From Bryobacteraceae bacterium (GTDB taxonomy: Bacteria > Acidobacteriota > Terriglobia > Bryobacterales > Bryobacteraceae), in contig JBDUEM010000002.1 in assembly GCA_040002435.1 (NCBI GenBank), forward strand, positions 737 through 64,736: a stretch of 64,000 nucleotides of DNA. The letters are read 5' to 3'. Shown here one piece after another: positions 8,602-17,958 of this stretch (position 1 is its first letter; each line of letters starts with the position of its first letter). The notes beneath the pieces are model-generated. The model did no database searches. It saw nothing but the letters and a program-made list of their open reading frames with translations, and was not told where the DNA came from. Both the position numbers and the translations under genes were made by a program.

Positions 8602-9883
8602 AGTGATTGTTCAATCGCTTCCCGATCCCCAGGTAGGTGGTGCGAACCTGGGATGCTTCAAAACCGAGGAAAACGTTCGGGGCGAGGCGGTACTGCAGGT
8701 TGGCCGCGGATTCCAGATTCTTTCCGATGGAACCGGAGCGGAGATCCACGTTGCGGCCATCGTGCTGTCCATTAATCACACTAAACGTAAGCCGGTTTGT
8801 TGGGGAATAGGAAAGCTGGGCCCAACCGCCGGAGCCATGAACCGGAATGACATTTCGTTGCCCCAGAATCGTAAATCCCTGCCGCAGCGAACCCATGTTG
8901 TCCGGATTTTCCCCGGTAAAGAACATGCCTACCAACTTCCATTTCAGCAGAGGTTGAAGGGACCAGTCGAGCGTGAACAGCCTGGAAGGCACACTGGTCG
9001 CTGCAACGTGCGTCGTGCTGGTGTGAAAGCCGGGTGCAATTTCGATTCTGCCCCCGTTCTCGAACTGCCTCCACACTTCAAAACGTCCCTGCAGGGCGGG
9101 ACGGGACCGTTCCAGCGACGAGGCAAACTGGGCCGGGACATCCGTCGAGGTTTCCGATGTCTGATATACGCTCACCTGCGCCCGCAAGCCGGCATTGGTG
9201 CCCAGCGCGGCACGCTGCTCAAAGCGGACTTGCGGCTGCCAGAGCCAAAGGTTGCCGGCACTGGTGAAGGAAGATACGCCTACCTGGGAAAGTGAATTTG
9301 GTTCGCGCAGGGAGATCAGTGGCTTGTCCTGGCCTACGGTGAGCGTCTGGTTCTTCCAATCGAGTGAAATGTTCGCCACGCGCAATCGCAGCAGATGATT
9401 GAGGCTGGCGGATGAACCCTGGAAAAAATCCATCAACACTGTTCCGCGGACCGTGGCGCCGAGTGCCTGGGGTCCTTCATACTTCAGCCCGATCATTGTC
9501 TGGCGAAAGGTGGCGCCGCTGGTGGAGGGCCCCGGCGAGAGCGCGGCGACGGTGGGGTTCTCCAGCCCATTGTTATTGCGGCCTGTAATGAAGGCGTTGA
9601 ACAGCGCCATGCCGGTGATACTGAGCGGAAATCTCTGCGAGGCTTCTACCTTGGTCTGGGATTGCTCCTCTGTGCGCTTTTCCTGCACCTCGACCCGTTC
9701 TTCCAGGGAGGGCGCCGGCGGCGGACGAGTGGCGGCGATCTGCTGCCGCAGTTCCTTCACTTCCTCCATCAGCATCCGGTTCTGCTGTTCCAGCCGTTCC
9801 AATCTTTGCAGAATTTGCGCTTGGTCCGGGCCGGCTTGCGCCAGTAAAATCGAAGGCAATAAAAACAGCGGCAATCTATGCAT
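8573..9883 (-). CDS. Outer-membrane beta-barrel (porin-like) protein with N-terminal coiled coil
   Basis: The ORF is 8573..9952. The ATG at 9883 gives signal 'MHRLPLFLLPSILLAQA'. A heptad-like 'ILQRLERLEQQNRMLMEEVKELRQQI' precedes alternating beta-strand patterns, and the C-terminus is 'YDLALAYLF' with a terminal aromatic. Confidence 0.65.
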   Translation of the reverse strand: MHRLPLFLLPSILLAQAGPDQAQILQRLERLEQQNRMLMEEVKELRQQIAATRPPPAPSLEERVEVQEKRTEEQSQTKVEASQRFPLSITGMALFNAFITGRNNNGLENPTVAALSPGPSTSGATFRQTMIGLKYEGPQALGATVRGTVLMDFFQGSSASLNHLLRLRVANISLDWKNQTLTVGQDKPLISLREPNSLSQVGVSSFTSAGNLWLWQPQVRFEQRAALGTNAGLRAQVSVYQTSETSTDVPAQFASSLERSRPALQGRFEVWRQFENGGRIEIAPGFHTSTTHVAATSVPSRLFTLDWSLQPLLKWKLVGMFFTGENPDNMGSLRQGFTILGQRNVIPVHGSGGWAQLSYSPTNRLTFSVINGQHDGRNVDLRSGSIGKNLESAANLQYRLAPNVFLGFEASQVRTTYLGIGKRLNNHYDLALAYLF

Positions 9884-10253
9884 TGAGAAGTCTCTCGAGC
9901 GTGGTGCGCACTTCCGCCGGCGAGTACGGTTTCGGCAAGTAGGCATCCGCACCGAGCAAGCGTAGGCGGGCTGGCGTGTTCAAGTCTGAATCGCCGCTGA
10001 TGACCAGGATGGGGAGATGCAGGTGGCGGGGCAACGAACGAACCCGGGCAATCAAATCGAATCCGTCAATCCGCGGCATATGAAGATCGGTGACCATGGC
10101 AGCGACGTTCGCATTCTGGTTATCCAGCAGGGTCAGCGCCTCCTGGGCCGTAGTTGCTACGCGCAGTTCTATACCGGGTAAGGATAACAGTGCCACTTCC
10201 AGGAGGGTAGCGCAGTATTCAGTATCCTCGACAATGAGAACAATCCTCGACAT
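9876..10253 (-). CDS. Single-domain response regulator (receiver only)
   Basis: The ATG at 10253 is preceded by GAGG and gives 'MSRIVLIVEDTEY'. It also has 'AAMVTDLHMPRIDG' and 'LPKPYSP'. Confidence 0.8.
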   Translation of the reverse strand: MSRIVLIVEDTEYCATLLEVALLSLPGIELRVATTAQEALTLLDNQNANVAAMVTDLHMPRIDGFDLIARVRSLPRHLHLPILVISGDSDLNTPARLRLLGADAYLPKPYSPAEVRTTLERLLNA

Positions 10254-10263
10254 CCAAAGCACC

Positions 10264-10938
10264 TCAAGGCAGAAAGCGATAGCCCACGCCGTGGACCGTG
10301 AGGAAGTGGCGGGGACAATCCGGCTCAGGCTCCAGTTTTTGACGCAGACGCACCACGTGGGCGTCTACCGTGCGGGTATTGGGGAAAGATTCATAACCCC
10401 AGACGGAGTTGAGAATCATATCCCTGGTGAGCGGCCGGTCGGGATTCTGCAGGAAAAAGGTGAGCAGATTGTATTCGGCGGGGGTCAGCTTTAACTCCGA
10501 GCCTTTGCGCGAGACGACGCGCCGCTGCAGATCCACTTGCGTGTCGGCGAACGAAAGGACCTGATGCGCCTCCGGGGAGACACGCCGCAGCACGGCGCGG
10601 ATCCGCGCCAGCAGTTCCCGGGTCCCGAACGGCTTCACCACATAGTCGTCTGCCCCCATTTCGAGCAGCAGTACTTTGTCGATCTCATCGCCGGCCGCAC
10701 TCAGCACAATGATCGGCGTCGAGTCCCGGGCGGAGCGAATCGCCTTACAGACATCCACGCCGCTCTTGCCGGGAAGGCGCAGGTCTACCAGGATCAAGCT
10801 GGGTTTGGCCGTGAGCGCCTTCTCGAGGCCGACATTTCCGTCAGCCGCGGCAAGGGTCCGGAAGCCTTCCTGTTCCAGCAAAACAATGATGGTATCGCGA
10901 AGGTTGTCGTCATCATCGATGACAAGGATAGTGTGCAT
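10264..10938 (-). CDS. OmpR/PhoB-family DNA-binding response regulator
   Basis: The ORF is 10264..11091. The internal ATG at 10938 gives the canonical 'MHTILVIDDDDNL'. It has 'LILVDLRLPGKSG', 'YVVKPF' and a winged-helix end 'LTPAEYNLLTFFLQNPDRPLTRDMIL...VDAHVVRLRQKLE...TVHGVGYRF'. Confidence 0.88.
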   Translation of the reverse strand: MHTILVIDDDDNLRDTIIVLLEQEGFRTLAAADGNVGLEKALTAKPSLILVDLRLPGKSGVDVCKAIRSARDSTPIIVLSAAGDEIDKVLLLEMGADDYVVKPFGTRELLARIRAVLRRVSPEAHQVLSFADTQVDLQRRVVSRKGSELKLTPAEYNLLTFFLQNPDRPLTRDMILNSVWGYESFPNTRTVDAHVVRLRQKLEPEPDCPRHFLTVHGVGYRFLP

Positions 10939-11098
10939 CTCGTGTATTCGAGATTCTAACCAACCCCAGCCCGTATTGCTAACTGACCCTGTTTGCTCTT
11001 TGTGATTAGATTCGGTCGTGACGCACCTTTGATTACATTGTAAAAAATGGAAAGGCGGCGCCTGTGAACGATTTGTAAATAGATTGTGCAATTTTTCG

Positions 11099-12988
11099 TC
11101 AATTCACGGTGAACGTCGCGGACTTTGACGAATCGCCCGCCGCGGCGGTGATGGTAACAAGCCGCTGCGACGCCACGGGGCTGGTGCGGATTTGGAAGGT
11201 AGCGGAACTCTGGCCCGAAGGCACGGTGACAAACATGTCTACGCTTGCCGCAATCACGGTATCTGAACTAAGCGAAACCCTGACGCCCGATGGTCCGGCG
11301 GGTCGAGCCAGTGTGATGGTTCCGGTGGCCGGCGTACCGCCCTTCACCGTCGCCGGCGAGATCAGCAGGTTGGTGATGGTTCCTTGCAGACCGGAGCTTA
11401 CGGTGAGCGATTTACTTTGAGACAAGCCGCGATAGGTGGCTGTGATGGAGACAATTCGGTCCGAGACCGGCGGTGTCGTCTGGATTGTGAACTGCACGGA
11501 GAGCTGATTGGGCAGAATGATCACAGTTCCCGGCGGACGCGCTGTCGTGATGTCGCTGCTCTGCAGTTGAACACTTGCGCCGACGGTGGGAGCAGCGTCA
11601 TTCAGCACTACTTTTCCGGCGGCGTCGCTGCCCCCGGTGATGGTGTCGGGCGTCAGCGTCAGCAGGAAAAGCGGATTGAGGGTGACGGCAACCGTTTTTG
11701 CAATTCCTTCGAGAGAAGCGGTGATTGTGGCGGCTGTCGGATCATTGACGGCCGTTGTGGTCGCGATGAAAGTGGCCGTGGCCTGTCCAAACGGAATGGT
11801 CACCGTCGCGGGCACCTGTAATGCCGCGTTGTCACTTTGCAGCGCAACAGTCACGCCCGGGCTGGTGGTATTCGCGCTCAGGGTCACGGTAGCGGTTACC
11901 GGCGCCCCACTGCTGGCGCTCATGGGATTGACAGAAATACTGGAGAGGGAAGGAGCATCCGTCCGGTTGACGCGAAGAGTGGCCGTACGGGAAACGCCAG
12001 AAGCCGAAGCCGTGATCTGAACGTCCACAGGCGATGTGGGGGAGGTGGTTTGGATGGGCACCGTGGCGGAGAGTTGCCTTGCCGGTATGGTGACAAGAAT
12101 GGGAATTCCCACAATTCCAACATTCGTTGAAGAAAGCTGCACAACGATGCCTCCGGCCGGCGCGGGTGCATTGAGCGATACGGTAGCGGAGACCGGCTCT
12201 CCGGCCGCAACCGCGGAACTGGAGAGAGTCAAAGCGCCCAAGGCGATCTGATTGGCGGGCAGGCTCGACACGGTGAAATCCACTGGGTTTGACGCGGCGG
12301 TATCGGCGGTGACCGAGAAATGAACGACGCCGAGGCCGTCCGCTTCCGGCGGAACTACCACGTTCACCTGATCCAGACCGAAAAAACCTGGCGCAGCGCC
12401 GGCAAACTCGACAGCGAGATCGAGCGACGTTCCGGAATCGGTTTGGCCCTGCGCTTTCACTCGCGAGGCAAGGCGGATGCCCGTCCCATAGACGGCCAAA
12501 CGGGTTCGTTTGTCGTCTCCAGTGTTCTGGGGAGTGACTACGAGGAACGGATCCGCGGCGTAGGTAACGGCGTTGAGAATGGACCCGGGTCCGGTTCCGG
12601 CGCCGTTGCTTGAAAATAGCGATGGCGCCGCCTTGCGGATATCGGCAGTGCCCTGGACGGTGATAAACGGCGAAACGGCGCGCACGTCAGCGGTCCCGGG
12701 CAGGATTCCGTCGGGAATCACGAGGTTAATCTGACGGGGTGAAACGTAAATCAATGCCGCGGCTTGCCCATTGAATGTGACCGAAGTACCTGCAATTTGC
12801 GTGGGCAGCTGGCCTGAACTATCGAGCCCGGCCGACTCTGTCACGGTGGATAACGAACTCCCGAAGACCGTCGCGAGAGAACCGGGAGACATAATGGCCT
12901 GATAGTTCGCCGCCGAAACTACCGCGATCTGATTTTGGGCACTCGCGGGAAGCCAACAAAGGATGGCAAACAGGATGACCTTGGCCAT
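11099..12988 (-). CDS. Secreted protein: N-terminal TIGR03437-like (Solibacter-type IPT/Ig-like) domain followed by four tandem ~88-aa Ig-like repeats
   Basis: 629 aa with signal 'LFAILCWLPASAQ'. TIGR03437-like hallmarks are 'VVSAANYQAIMSPGSLATVFGSSL', 'ALIYVSPRQINLVIP' and 'FAGAAPGFFGLDQVNVVVP'. Confidence 0.75.
   Translation of the reverse strand: MAKVILFAILCWLPASAQNQIAVVSAANYQAIMSPGSLATVFGSSLSTVTESAGLDSSGQLPTQIAGTSVTFNGQAAALIYVSPRQINLVIPDGILPGTADVRAVSPFITVQGTADIRKAAPSLFSSNGAGTGPGSILNAVTYAADPFLVVTPQNTGDDKRTRLAVYGTGIRLASRVKAQGQTDSGTSLDLAVEFAGAAPGFFGLDQVNVVVPPEADGLGVVHFSVTADTAASNPVDFTVSSLPANQIALGALTLSSSAVAAGEPVSATVSLNAPAPAGGIVVQLSSTNVGIVGIPILVTIPARQLSATVPIQTTSPTSPVDVQITASASGVSRTATLRVNRTDAPSLSSISVNPMSASSGAPVTATVTLSANTTSPGVTVALQSDNAALQVPATVTIPFGQATATFIATTTAVNDPTAATITASLEGIAKTVAVTLNPLFLLTLTPDTITGGSDAAGKVVLNDAAPTVGASVQLQSSDITTARPPGTVIILPNQLSVQFTIQTTPPVSDRIVSITATYRGLSQSKSLTVSSGLQGTITNLLISPATVKGGTPATGTITLARPAGPSGVRVSLSSDTVIAASVDMFVTVPSGQSSATFQIRTSPVASQRLVTITAAAGDSSKSATFTVN
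11102..12256 (-). repeat. Four tandem in-frame ~88-aa repeats inside the 629-aa secreted protein
   Basis: The repeated pattern is 'xVTATVTLxxxxPxGGxxVxLSSxxxxxxVPxxVTIPxGQxSATFxIxTxxVxxxxxVTITAxxxGxxxxATLTV'. It appears four times, and the last copy ends 'SSKSATFTVN'. Confidence 0.6.
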
Positions 12989-13015
12989 ACGGGTAATGAC
13001 GAAGCAGCGGGGCGA

Positions 13016-14038
13016 TTAGACGACCTGGCTGAACCGCGCCATTTGCTCTACTTTCTCTCGCGCGCGGCCGGAATCAATGGATTCGGCTGCGAGTTCCACT
13101 CCCTCCACGAAGTTGGCGGCCTTGCCCGCGGCGACGAGCGCCGCAGAGGCGTTCACCAGAACAATGTCCCGCTTCGGCCCGGCTTCGCCATCCAGAATGG
13201 CTCGCGCAATGGCGAGGTTTTCGTCGAGTCCGCCGCCACGAAGATCGGCCATCTTCGCGGTCTTCACACCAAAGTCTTGCGGTGTCAGGGTGTGGTGGGC
13301 GATGGCTCCCCGCTGAATCTCCAGAACCAGCGATTCGCCGGTGGTGCTGATCTCATCGAGGCCTCCGGAGCCGTGGACTACGAATCCGCGCTGCAATCCG
13401 AGCGACGCCAGTGCTTCCGCCATCAACTCGGCGGCCGCCGTGGACGGCGCGCCCACCAGTTGCACCGTGGCTCCGGCAGGGTTTGTCAGCGGGCCTAAGA
13501 GGTTGAACGCAGTGCGCATCTTCAATTCCGAGCGTGCCGCCTGCGCGTACTTCATTGCCGGATGCATAGCGGGTGCATAAAGAAAACCGATTCCCACTTC
13601 GCGAATAGATTCGGCCGTCCGTTCCGGCGTCAGCGCGATATTGATTCCCAGACCTTCGAAGATGTCGGCACTGCCGCAAAGGCTCGCCAGGGAGCGATTG
13701 CCATGTTTGGCCACTTTGACGCCGGCTCCGGAAACCACGAAAGCCGTAACGGTGGAGATGTTGAAAGTATTCTGTCCGTCGCCGCCGGTTCCGCAGGTGT
13801 CGATCAGGGCTTCGCCGTTCAGTTTTGGCATAACGCTGGCCGAACGCTCCCGCATGGCTCGGGCGAAGCCCAAAATTTCGTCCGGTGTCTCTCCTTTCAT
13901 GCGCAACGCGATGAGAAATGCCGCAATTTGTGCCGTGGTGGCCTGGCCGCTGAGGATCAGCTCCATGGCTTGCTGGGCGTCGAGCGCAGTGAGATTTTCG
14001 CGGCTGGCGGCCCTGTGCAGGAAGGCGAGAAACGGCAT
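13016..14038 (-). CDS. trpD: Anthranilate phosphoribosyltransferase
   Basis: 340 aa with 'DTCGTGGDGQNTFNIST', 'KHGNRS' and 'FNLLGPLTNPA'. Confidence 0.92.
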   Translation of the reverse strand: MPFLAFLHRAASRENLTALDAQQAMELILSGQATTAQIAAFLIALRMKGETPDEILGFARAMRERSASVMPKLNGEALIDTCGTGGDGQNTFNISTVTAFVVSGAGVKVAKHGNRSLASLCGSADIFEGLGINIALTPERTAESIREVGIGFLYAPAMHPAMKYAQAARSELKMRTAFNLLGPLTNPAGATVQLVGAPSTAAAELMAEALASLGLQRGFVVHGSGGLDEISTTGESLVLEIQRGAIAHHTLTPQDFGVKTAKMADLRGGGLDENLAIARAILDGEAGPKRDIVLVNASAALVAAGKAANFVEGVELAAESIDSGRAREKVEQMARFSQVV

Positions 14039-14102
14039 GATATAGTATGGGTTTTGGCTTTCAGTGCGATACTAACATACCTGCCTGAAGCCACCTTATC
14101 CG

Positions 14103-15260
14103 ATGAAAATCCATGAATACCAGGCCAAGGCAATACTGGCCAAATACGGAGTCCCCGTGCCGCGGGGAGAAGTGGTTTTTACGGCGGAAGAAGCGGAAGC
14201 CGCGGCTAAGAAATTAGGCGGTGGAGTGGTGGTGAAGGCCCAAATCCACGCCGGCGGACGCGGGAAAGGCGGCGGTGTGAAGCTGGCCAAGGATGCGGCG
14301 GAAGCCGCCGAGGTAGCCAAGAAGATCCTCGGCATGACGCTCATCACACACCAGACCGGGCCGGAAGGCCGGCTGGTGCAGCGCGTCCTGGTAGAGGAGA
14401 CGCTGCCGATTGCGAAAGAGCTTTACGTCGGAATTGTGCTGGACCGCGCCATAGGCAAGACGGTCTTCATGGCCTCTTCCGAAGGCGGCATGGACATCGA
14501 AGAAGTGGCCGCGCACACCCCGGAAAAGATTCTAAAGGAAACCATTGAGCCGGGCTATGGCCTGGCAGCCTGGCAGGCGCGGAAGATGGCCTTTGGCATT
14601 GGCGTTCCCGCAGCCAGCGTGAATGCCGCCGCGGCATGCATGATGGCGCTGGCGAAAGCGAACGAAGCGATGGACGCATCGCTGGCGGAAATCAATCCCC
14701 TCATTTTGACGGCGGACGGAAAAGTGGTGGCTCTCGACGCGAAATTCAGCATTGACGACAATGCCATGTTCCGCCACAAGGATCTGATCGATCTGCGCGA
14801 TCTGAACGAAGAGGATCCGCTCGAAGTGGAGGCCTCGCGCTTCGGGTTGAACTACATCAAGCTGGATGGAAACGTCGCCTGCATGGTGAACGGCGCGGGA
14901 TTAGCCATGGCGACCATGGACATCATCAAGTACGCGGGCGGAAGTCCGGCGAACTTCCTGGACGTGGGAGGCGGAGCGAGTGCGGAACAGGTGAAGAATG
15001 CCTTCCGGATTCTGCTCTCCGATAAGAGCGTGAAGGCGGTTCTGATTAACATTTTCGGCGGCATCCTGCGTTGCGACACGCTGGCAACCGGCGTGGTGAA
15101 CGCGGCTCGCGAATTGAACATTCAGGTCCCGATCGTGGTCCGGATGGAAGGGACAAACGTGGAACTGGGGCAACAGATTCTGGCCGAATCGGGATTTAAT
15201 TTCACCGTGGCGGACGGCATGAAAGACGCGGCGGAGAAGGTAGTGAGGCTCGCACAATGA
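14103..15260 (+). CDS. sucC: Succinyl-CoA synthetase beta subunit
   Basis: 385 aa beginning '[22 protein letters not shown]', with '[19 protein letters not shown]' and '[10 protein letters not shown]'. Confidence 0.95.
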   Translation: MKIHEYQAKAILAKYGVPVPRGEVVFTAEEAEAAAKKLGGGVVVKAQIHAGGRGKGGGVKLAKDAAEAAEVAKKILGMTLITHQTGPEGRLVQRVLVEETLPIAKELYVGIVLDRAIGKTVFMASSEGGMDIEEVAAHTPEKILKETIEPGYGLAAWQARKMAFGIGVPAASVNAAAACMMALAKANEAMDASLAEINPLILTADGKVVALDAKFSIDDNAMFRHKDLIDLRDLNEEDPLEVEASRFGLNYIKLDGNVACMVNGAGLAMATMDIIKYAGGSPANFLDVGGGASAEQVKNAFRILLSDKSVKAVLINIFGGILRCDTLATGVVNAARELNIQVPIVVRMEGTNVELGQQILAESGFNFTVADGMKDAAEKVVRLAQ

Positions 15261-16123
15261 GCGTTCTGGTCAATGAGAATACGCGCCTGCTGGTGCAGGG
15301 GTTCACGGGGAAAGAAGGCACGTTCCATGCGACGCAGGCCCTGGCTTACGGCACCAAGGTAGTGGGTGGAATTACGCCGGGCAAGGGCGGCACGAGACAT
15401 TTGGACCTGCCCGTGTTCGATACCGTGGCCGATGCCGTGAAGGAGACCGGAGCGAACGCCACCGTAATTTTCGTGCCGCCTCCGTTTGCCGCGGACGCCA
15501 TCATGGAAGCTACTGACGCGGGCCTGGAGCTTGTGGTTTGCATTACCGAGGGAATTCCGGCGCTGGATATGGTGAAGGCCTGGCAATTCCTGCAGGGCAA
15601 GCCGACGCGCCTGGTAGGACCGAATTGCCCCGGTGTCATTTCGCCAGGGAAATGCAAGATCGGCATCATGCCGGCGCACATCCACTTGCCGGGTCATGTC
15701 GGCGTCGTTTCGCGGTCCGGGACGCTCACCTACGAGGCAGTGGGGCAGTTGACCAAGCTCGGCATCGGCCAGTCTACTTGCATCGGCATCGGCGGGGATC
15801 CTATTATCGGGACCACGTTCATCGACGCGATCCGGCTGTTCAATGAAGATCCGGATACACACGCCATCATCATGATTGGTGAGATTGGCGGCAATGCCGA
15901 AGAGACCGCGGCCGCCTACATCAAGGAACACGTCAAGAAGCCGGTGGTGGGATTCATCGCGGGCCAGACTGCCCCGCCCGGCCGGCGCATGGGACATGCC
16001 GGAGCGATTATTTCCGGGGGTTCCGGGAAAGCATCCGACAAGATTGCCGCGATGGAGGCTGCGGGTATTTCCGTGTGCGCTTCGCCGGCCGAAATGGGAG
16101 AGAAACTAAAAAGCCGTTTATGA
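15257..16123 (+). CDS. sucD: Succinyl-CoA synthetase alpha subunit
   Basis: 288 aa with '[13 protein letters not shown]', '[10 protein letters not shown]', '[10 protein letters not shown]' and '[11 protein letters not shown]'. It has an ATGA overlap with sucC. Confidence 0.95.
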   Translation: MSVLVNENTRLLVQGFTGKEGTFHATQALAYGTKVVGGITPGKGGTRHLDLPVFDTVADAVKETGANATVIFVPPPFAADAIMEATDAGLELVVCITEGIPALDMVKAWQFLQGKPTRLVGPNCPGVISPGKCKIGIMPAHIHLPGHVGVVSRSGTLTYEAVGQLTKLGIGQSTCIGIGGDPIIGTTFIDAIRLFNEDPDTHAIIMIGEIGGNAEETAAAYIKEHVKKPVVGFIAGQTAPPGRRMGHAGAIISGGSGKASDKIAAMEAAGISVCASPAEMGEKLKSRL

Positions 16124-16536
16124 GTGAACGTACATTTGCAATTATCAAGCCGGATGCCGTAGCCGCCGGAAATACCGGGGCGATTCTGGCTCTGATTGAG
16201 AAGAACGGATTCAAGATCCTGGGACTGAAGAGAATTCGCCTTTCGCAAGCGCAGGCGGAAAGCTTCTATGGGGTACACCGGGAGCGGGGATTCTTCAGCA
16301 GCCTGGTCACGTTCATGACCGAAGGGCCGGTGGTTGTGCTTGCCCTGGAGCGGGAAGATGCCGTGGCGAAGTGGCGGGAGTTGATGGGAGCCACCAACCC
16401 TGCGAACGCCGCGGAAGGGACGATACGGAAACTGTTTGCTTCCAGCATTGAGCGAAACGCAGCCCATGGATCCGACGCCGCTGAGACAGCGGCGGTCGAG
16501 ATACCGTTCTTCTTCAGCGGCGCCGAGCTGCTGTAG
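16120..16536 (+). CDS. ndk: Nucleoside diphosphate kinase
   Basis: The ORF is 16075..16536. The ATG at 16120 gives '[14 protein letters not shown]'. It has 'NAAHGSD', and the ATG overlaps the sucD stop (ATGA). Confidence 0.93.
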   Translation: MSERTFAIIKPDAVAAGNTGAILALIEKNGFKILGLKRIRLSQAQAESFYGVHRERGFFSSLVTFMTEGPVVVLALEREDAVAKWRELMGATNPANAAEGTIRKLFASSIERNAAHGSDAAETAAVEIPFFFSGAELL

Positions 16537-16538
16537 CG

Positions 16539-16970
16539 CTATTGCGGAAGCCGGACGGCCTGGCGTCCAACCAACTGCCAGCCCTGCGGTCCCTTCAGCC
16601 AGACGTGCAGGATGTCGAGATTGGCGGTGGTGCTCTTGCCTGCCGCGTTGTTGGTGATGTCCACTTTGCCCTTCACCAGGGCCGTATTGCCGTAAACCCG
16701 GACCGTGTTGGCGGTGAACGTAATCGCCTCCACGGTTGAGGGGCCGGTTGTCACTGATTTGATGACATCGGCCTTTGTCTCATTCTTGCCGCTGGAATGC
16801 GTGTAGCTGAGATCGGGATGCAAAAGCTTTTCCAGTGCCGCTTTGTCCTTCTTCATCGTCGCCTGCTTCCAGGCGTCCATTGCCGCCAAAACGTCCTTTT
16901 CACCTTTCGAGTCGGAACCGGCGGCGGAAAGCACCGACGCGGAGAGGAGGAGCCACATCCATTTCTTCAT
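16539..16970 (-). CDS. Secreted SnoaL-like/DUF4440 (NTF2-fold) protein
   Basis: 143 aa with signal 'MKKWMWLLLSASVLSAAGS' and DUF4440-like 'AAMDAWKQATMKKDKAALEKLLHPDLSYTHSSG'. Confidence 0.6.
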   Translation of the reverse strand: MKKWMWLLLSASVLSAAGSDSKGEKDVLAAMDAWKQATMKKDKAALEKLLHPDLSYTHSSGKNETKADVIKSVTTGPSTVEAITFTANTVRVYGNTALVKGKVDITNNAAGKSTTANLDILHVWLKGPQGWQLVGRQAVRLPQ

Positions 16971-16990
16971 AGGCCAATATCATATAGCAC

Positions 16991-17905
16991 TTATTTCGGG
17001 ACCGCCATACCGGTACGGAGCATGTGGATTCGGAACCAGGCAATCACCGCGCTATCCCGCTGTTCGCGGTTCCTGGTCAACACATGGCCATCATCGTCGT
17101 AGACCACCAACTGATAAGGCCGGTGTAATTCCTGCAGCTTCCCCGCCATTTGAATGGACTGCAGCGGATTGACCGATTGATCAGCGGCTCCGTGCTGAAT
17201 CAGAATGGGAATCGATATTTTCTCCGGCCATCGTCTAGCGGACCTGCGCTGCAGTGCTTCGTCCGGCTTCTCCCGGGCCCATAGCTTATCGGTTAACTGC
17301 TTCAATTGCGGCTGACCATCCAGCAGGGCCGCCTGGTCGGTGTAGGCCCCCACAACCGCGGCGGCGCGCGCGGGAAAGCCTTCGCGAATAGCTTGGTAGG
17401 TCATCATTCCGCCGCGTGATTCGCCGTAGAGAAACAGATTCGACGTGTCGGCGTAGTCCAGTTGGGCAGCGAGCCGCGAAGCCGACAGCACGTCCTGCAA
17501 ATCGGCGCCGCCGACCTCATCCTCTCCCGGCGCACCTTCACTTCCCCGCAGCATGGGCGCGACGATCACGAATCCGGCTGCGGCCAGCCGATGAAACATG
17601 GTGGCATAGAGTGAAATGTTCGTATCGCGATAACCGCCCCGATTGAAAATGATCACGGGATACTTTGATTCCGCTTTTTCCACCGGATGGTACAGGTAGG
17701 CGACCACCTGCAGGCCGCCGCTGGAGTAGACTAGACGTTCCAGGGCGAACCGCTTGTCGGCCAGCACGCCGGATTGCTCCTTTTCGGTGGCATAGCGCTG
17801 GATTCCCGGTATCTGCGAGTATGGGGCAAACTGGTGCGCGCTGCGCTTCAGAATTGTTCCATCGCTTTGGGACAGGACCAGTTGCGCCGCCAGGAAAAAG
17901 ATCAT
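16991..17905 (-). CDS. Alpha/beta hydrolase (S9 prolyl-oligopeptidase/dienelactone-hydrolase-like)
   Basis: The ORF is 16991..18040. The ATG at 17905 avoids overlap with the divergent cupin gene. It has a nucleophile elbow 'GESRGGMM', with 'HGAADQSV' and 'DDDGHVL' as putative Asp/His. Confidence 0.7.
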   Translation of the reverse strand: MIFFLAAQLVLSQSDGTILKRSAHQFAPYSQIPGIQRYATEKEQSGVLADKRFALERLVYSSGGLQVVAYLYHPVEKAESKYPVIIFNRGGYRDTNISLYATMFHRLAAAGFVIVAPMLRGSEGAPGEDEVGGADLQDVLSASRLAAQLDYADTSNLFLYGESRGGMMTYQAIREGFPARAAAVVGAYTDQAALLDGQPQLKQLTDKLWAREKPDEALQRRSARRWPEKISIPILIQHGAADQSVNPLQSIQMAGKLQELHRPYQLVVYDDDGHVLTRNREQRDSAVIAWFRIHMLRTGMAVPK

Positions 17906-17958
17906 GCAGTGGATGACGTGCGAGACTGCGATTTGTTGCACGGTGTAAACTGCTATCC

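Noticed and set aside
10939-11091. 51-aa N-terminal extension of the OmpR-type regulator ORF
   Set aside because: Receiver domains begin directly at 'MHTILVIDDDD'. The extension has no homology-like features and would consume the only promoter space (10939..11098).
15122-15997. Long antisense ORFs inside well-supported genes (for example 15122..15997, 36005..36844, 43371..44088, 43396..44088, 58420..59208, 61489..62550, 55695..56354, 31229..31897)
   Set aside because: These are typical of GC-rich DNA. They are Arg/Gly/His/Pro-rich with no motifs, and each is fully overlapped by a gene with strong family signatures on the other strand.
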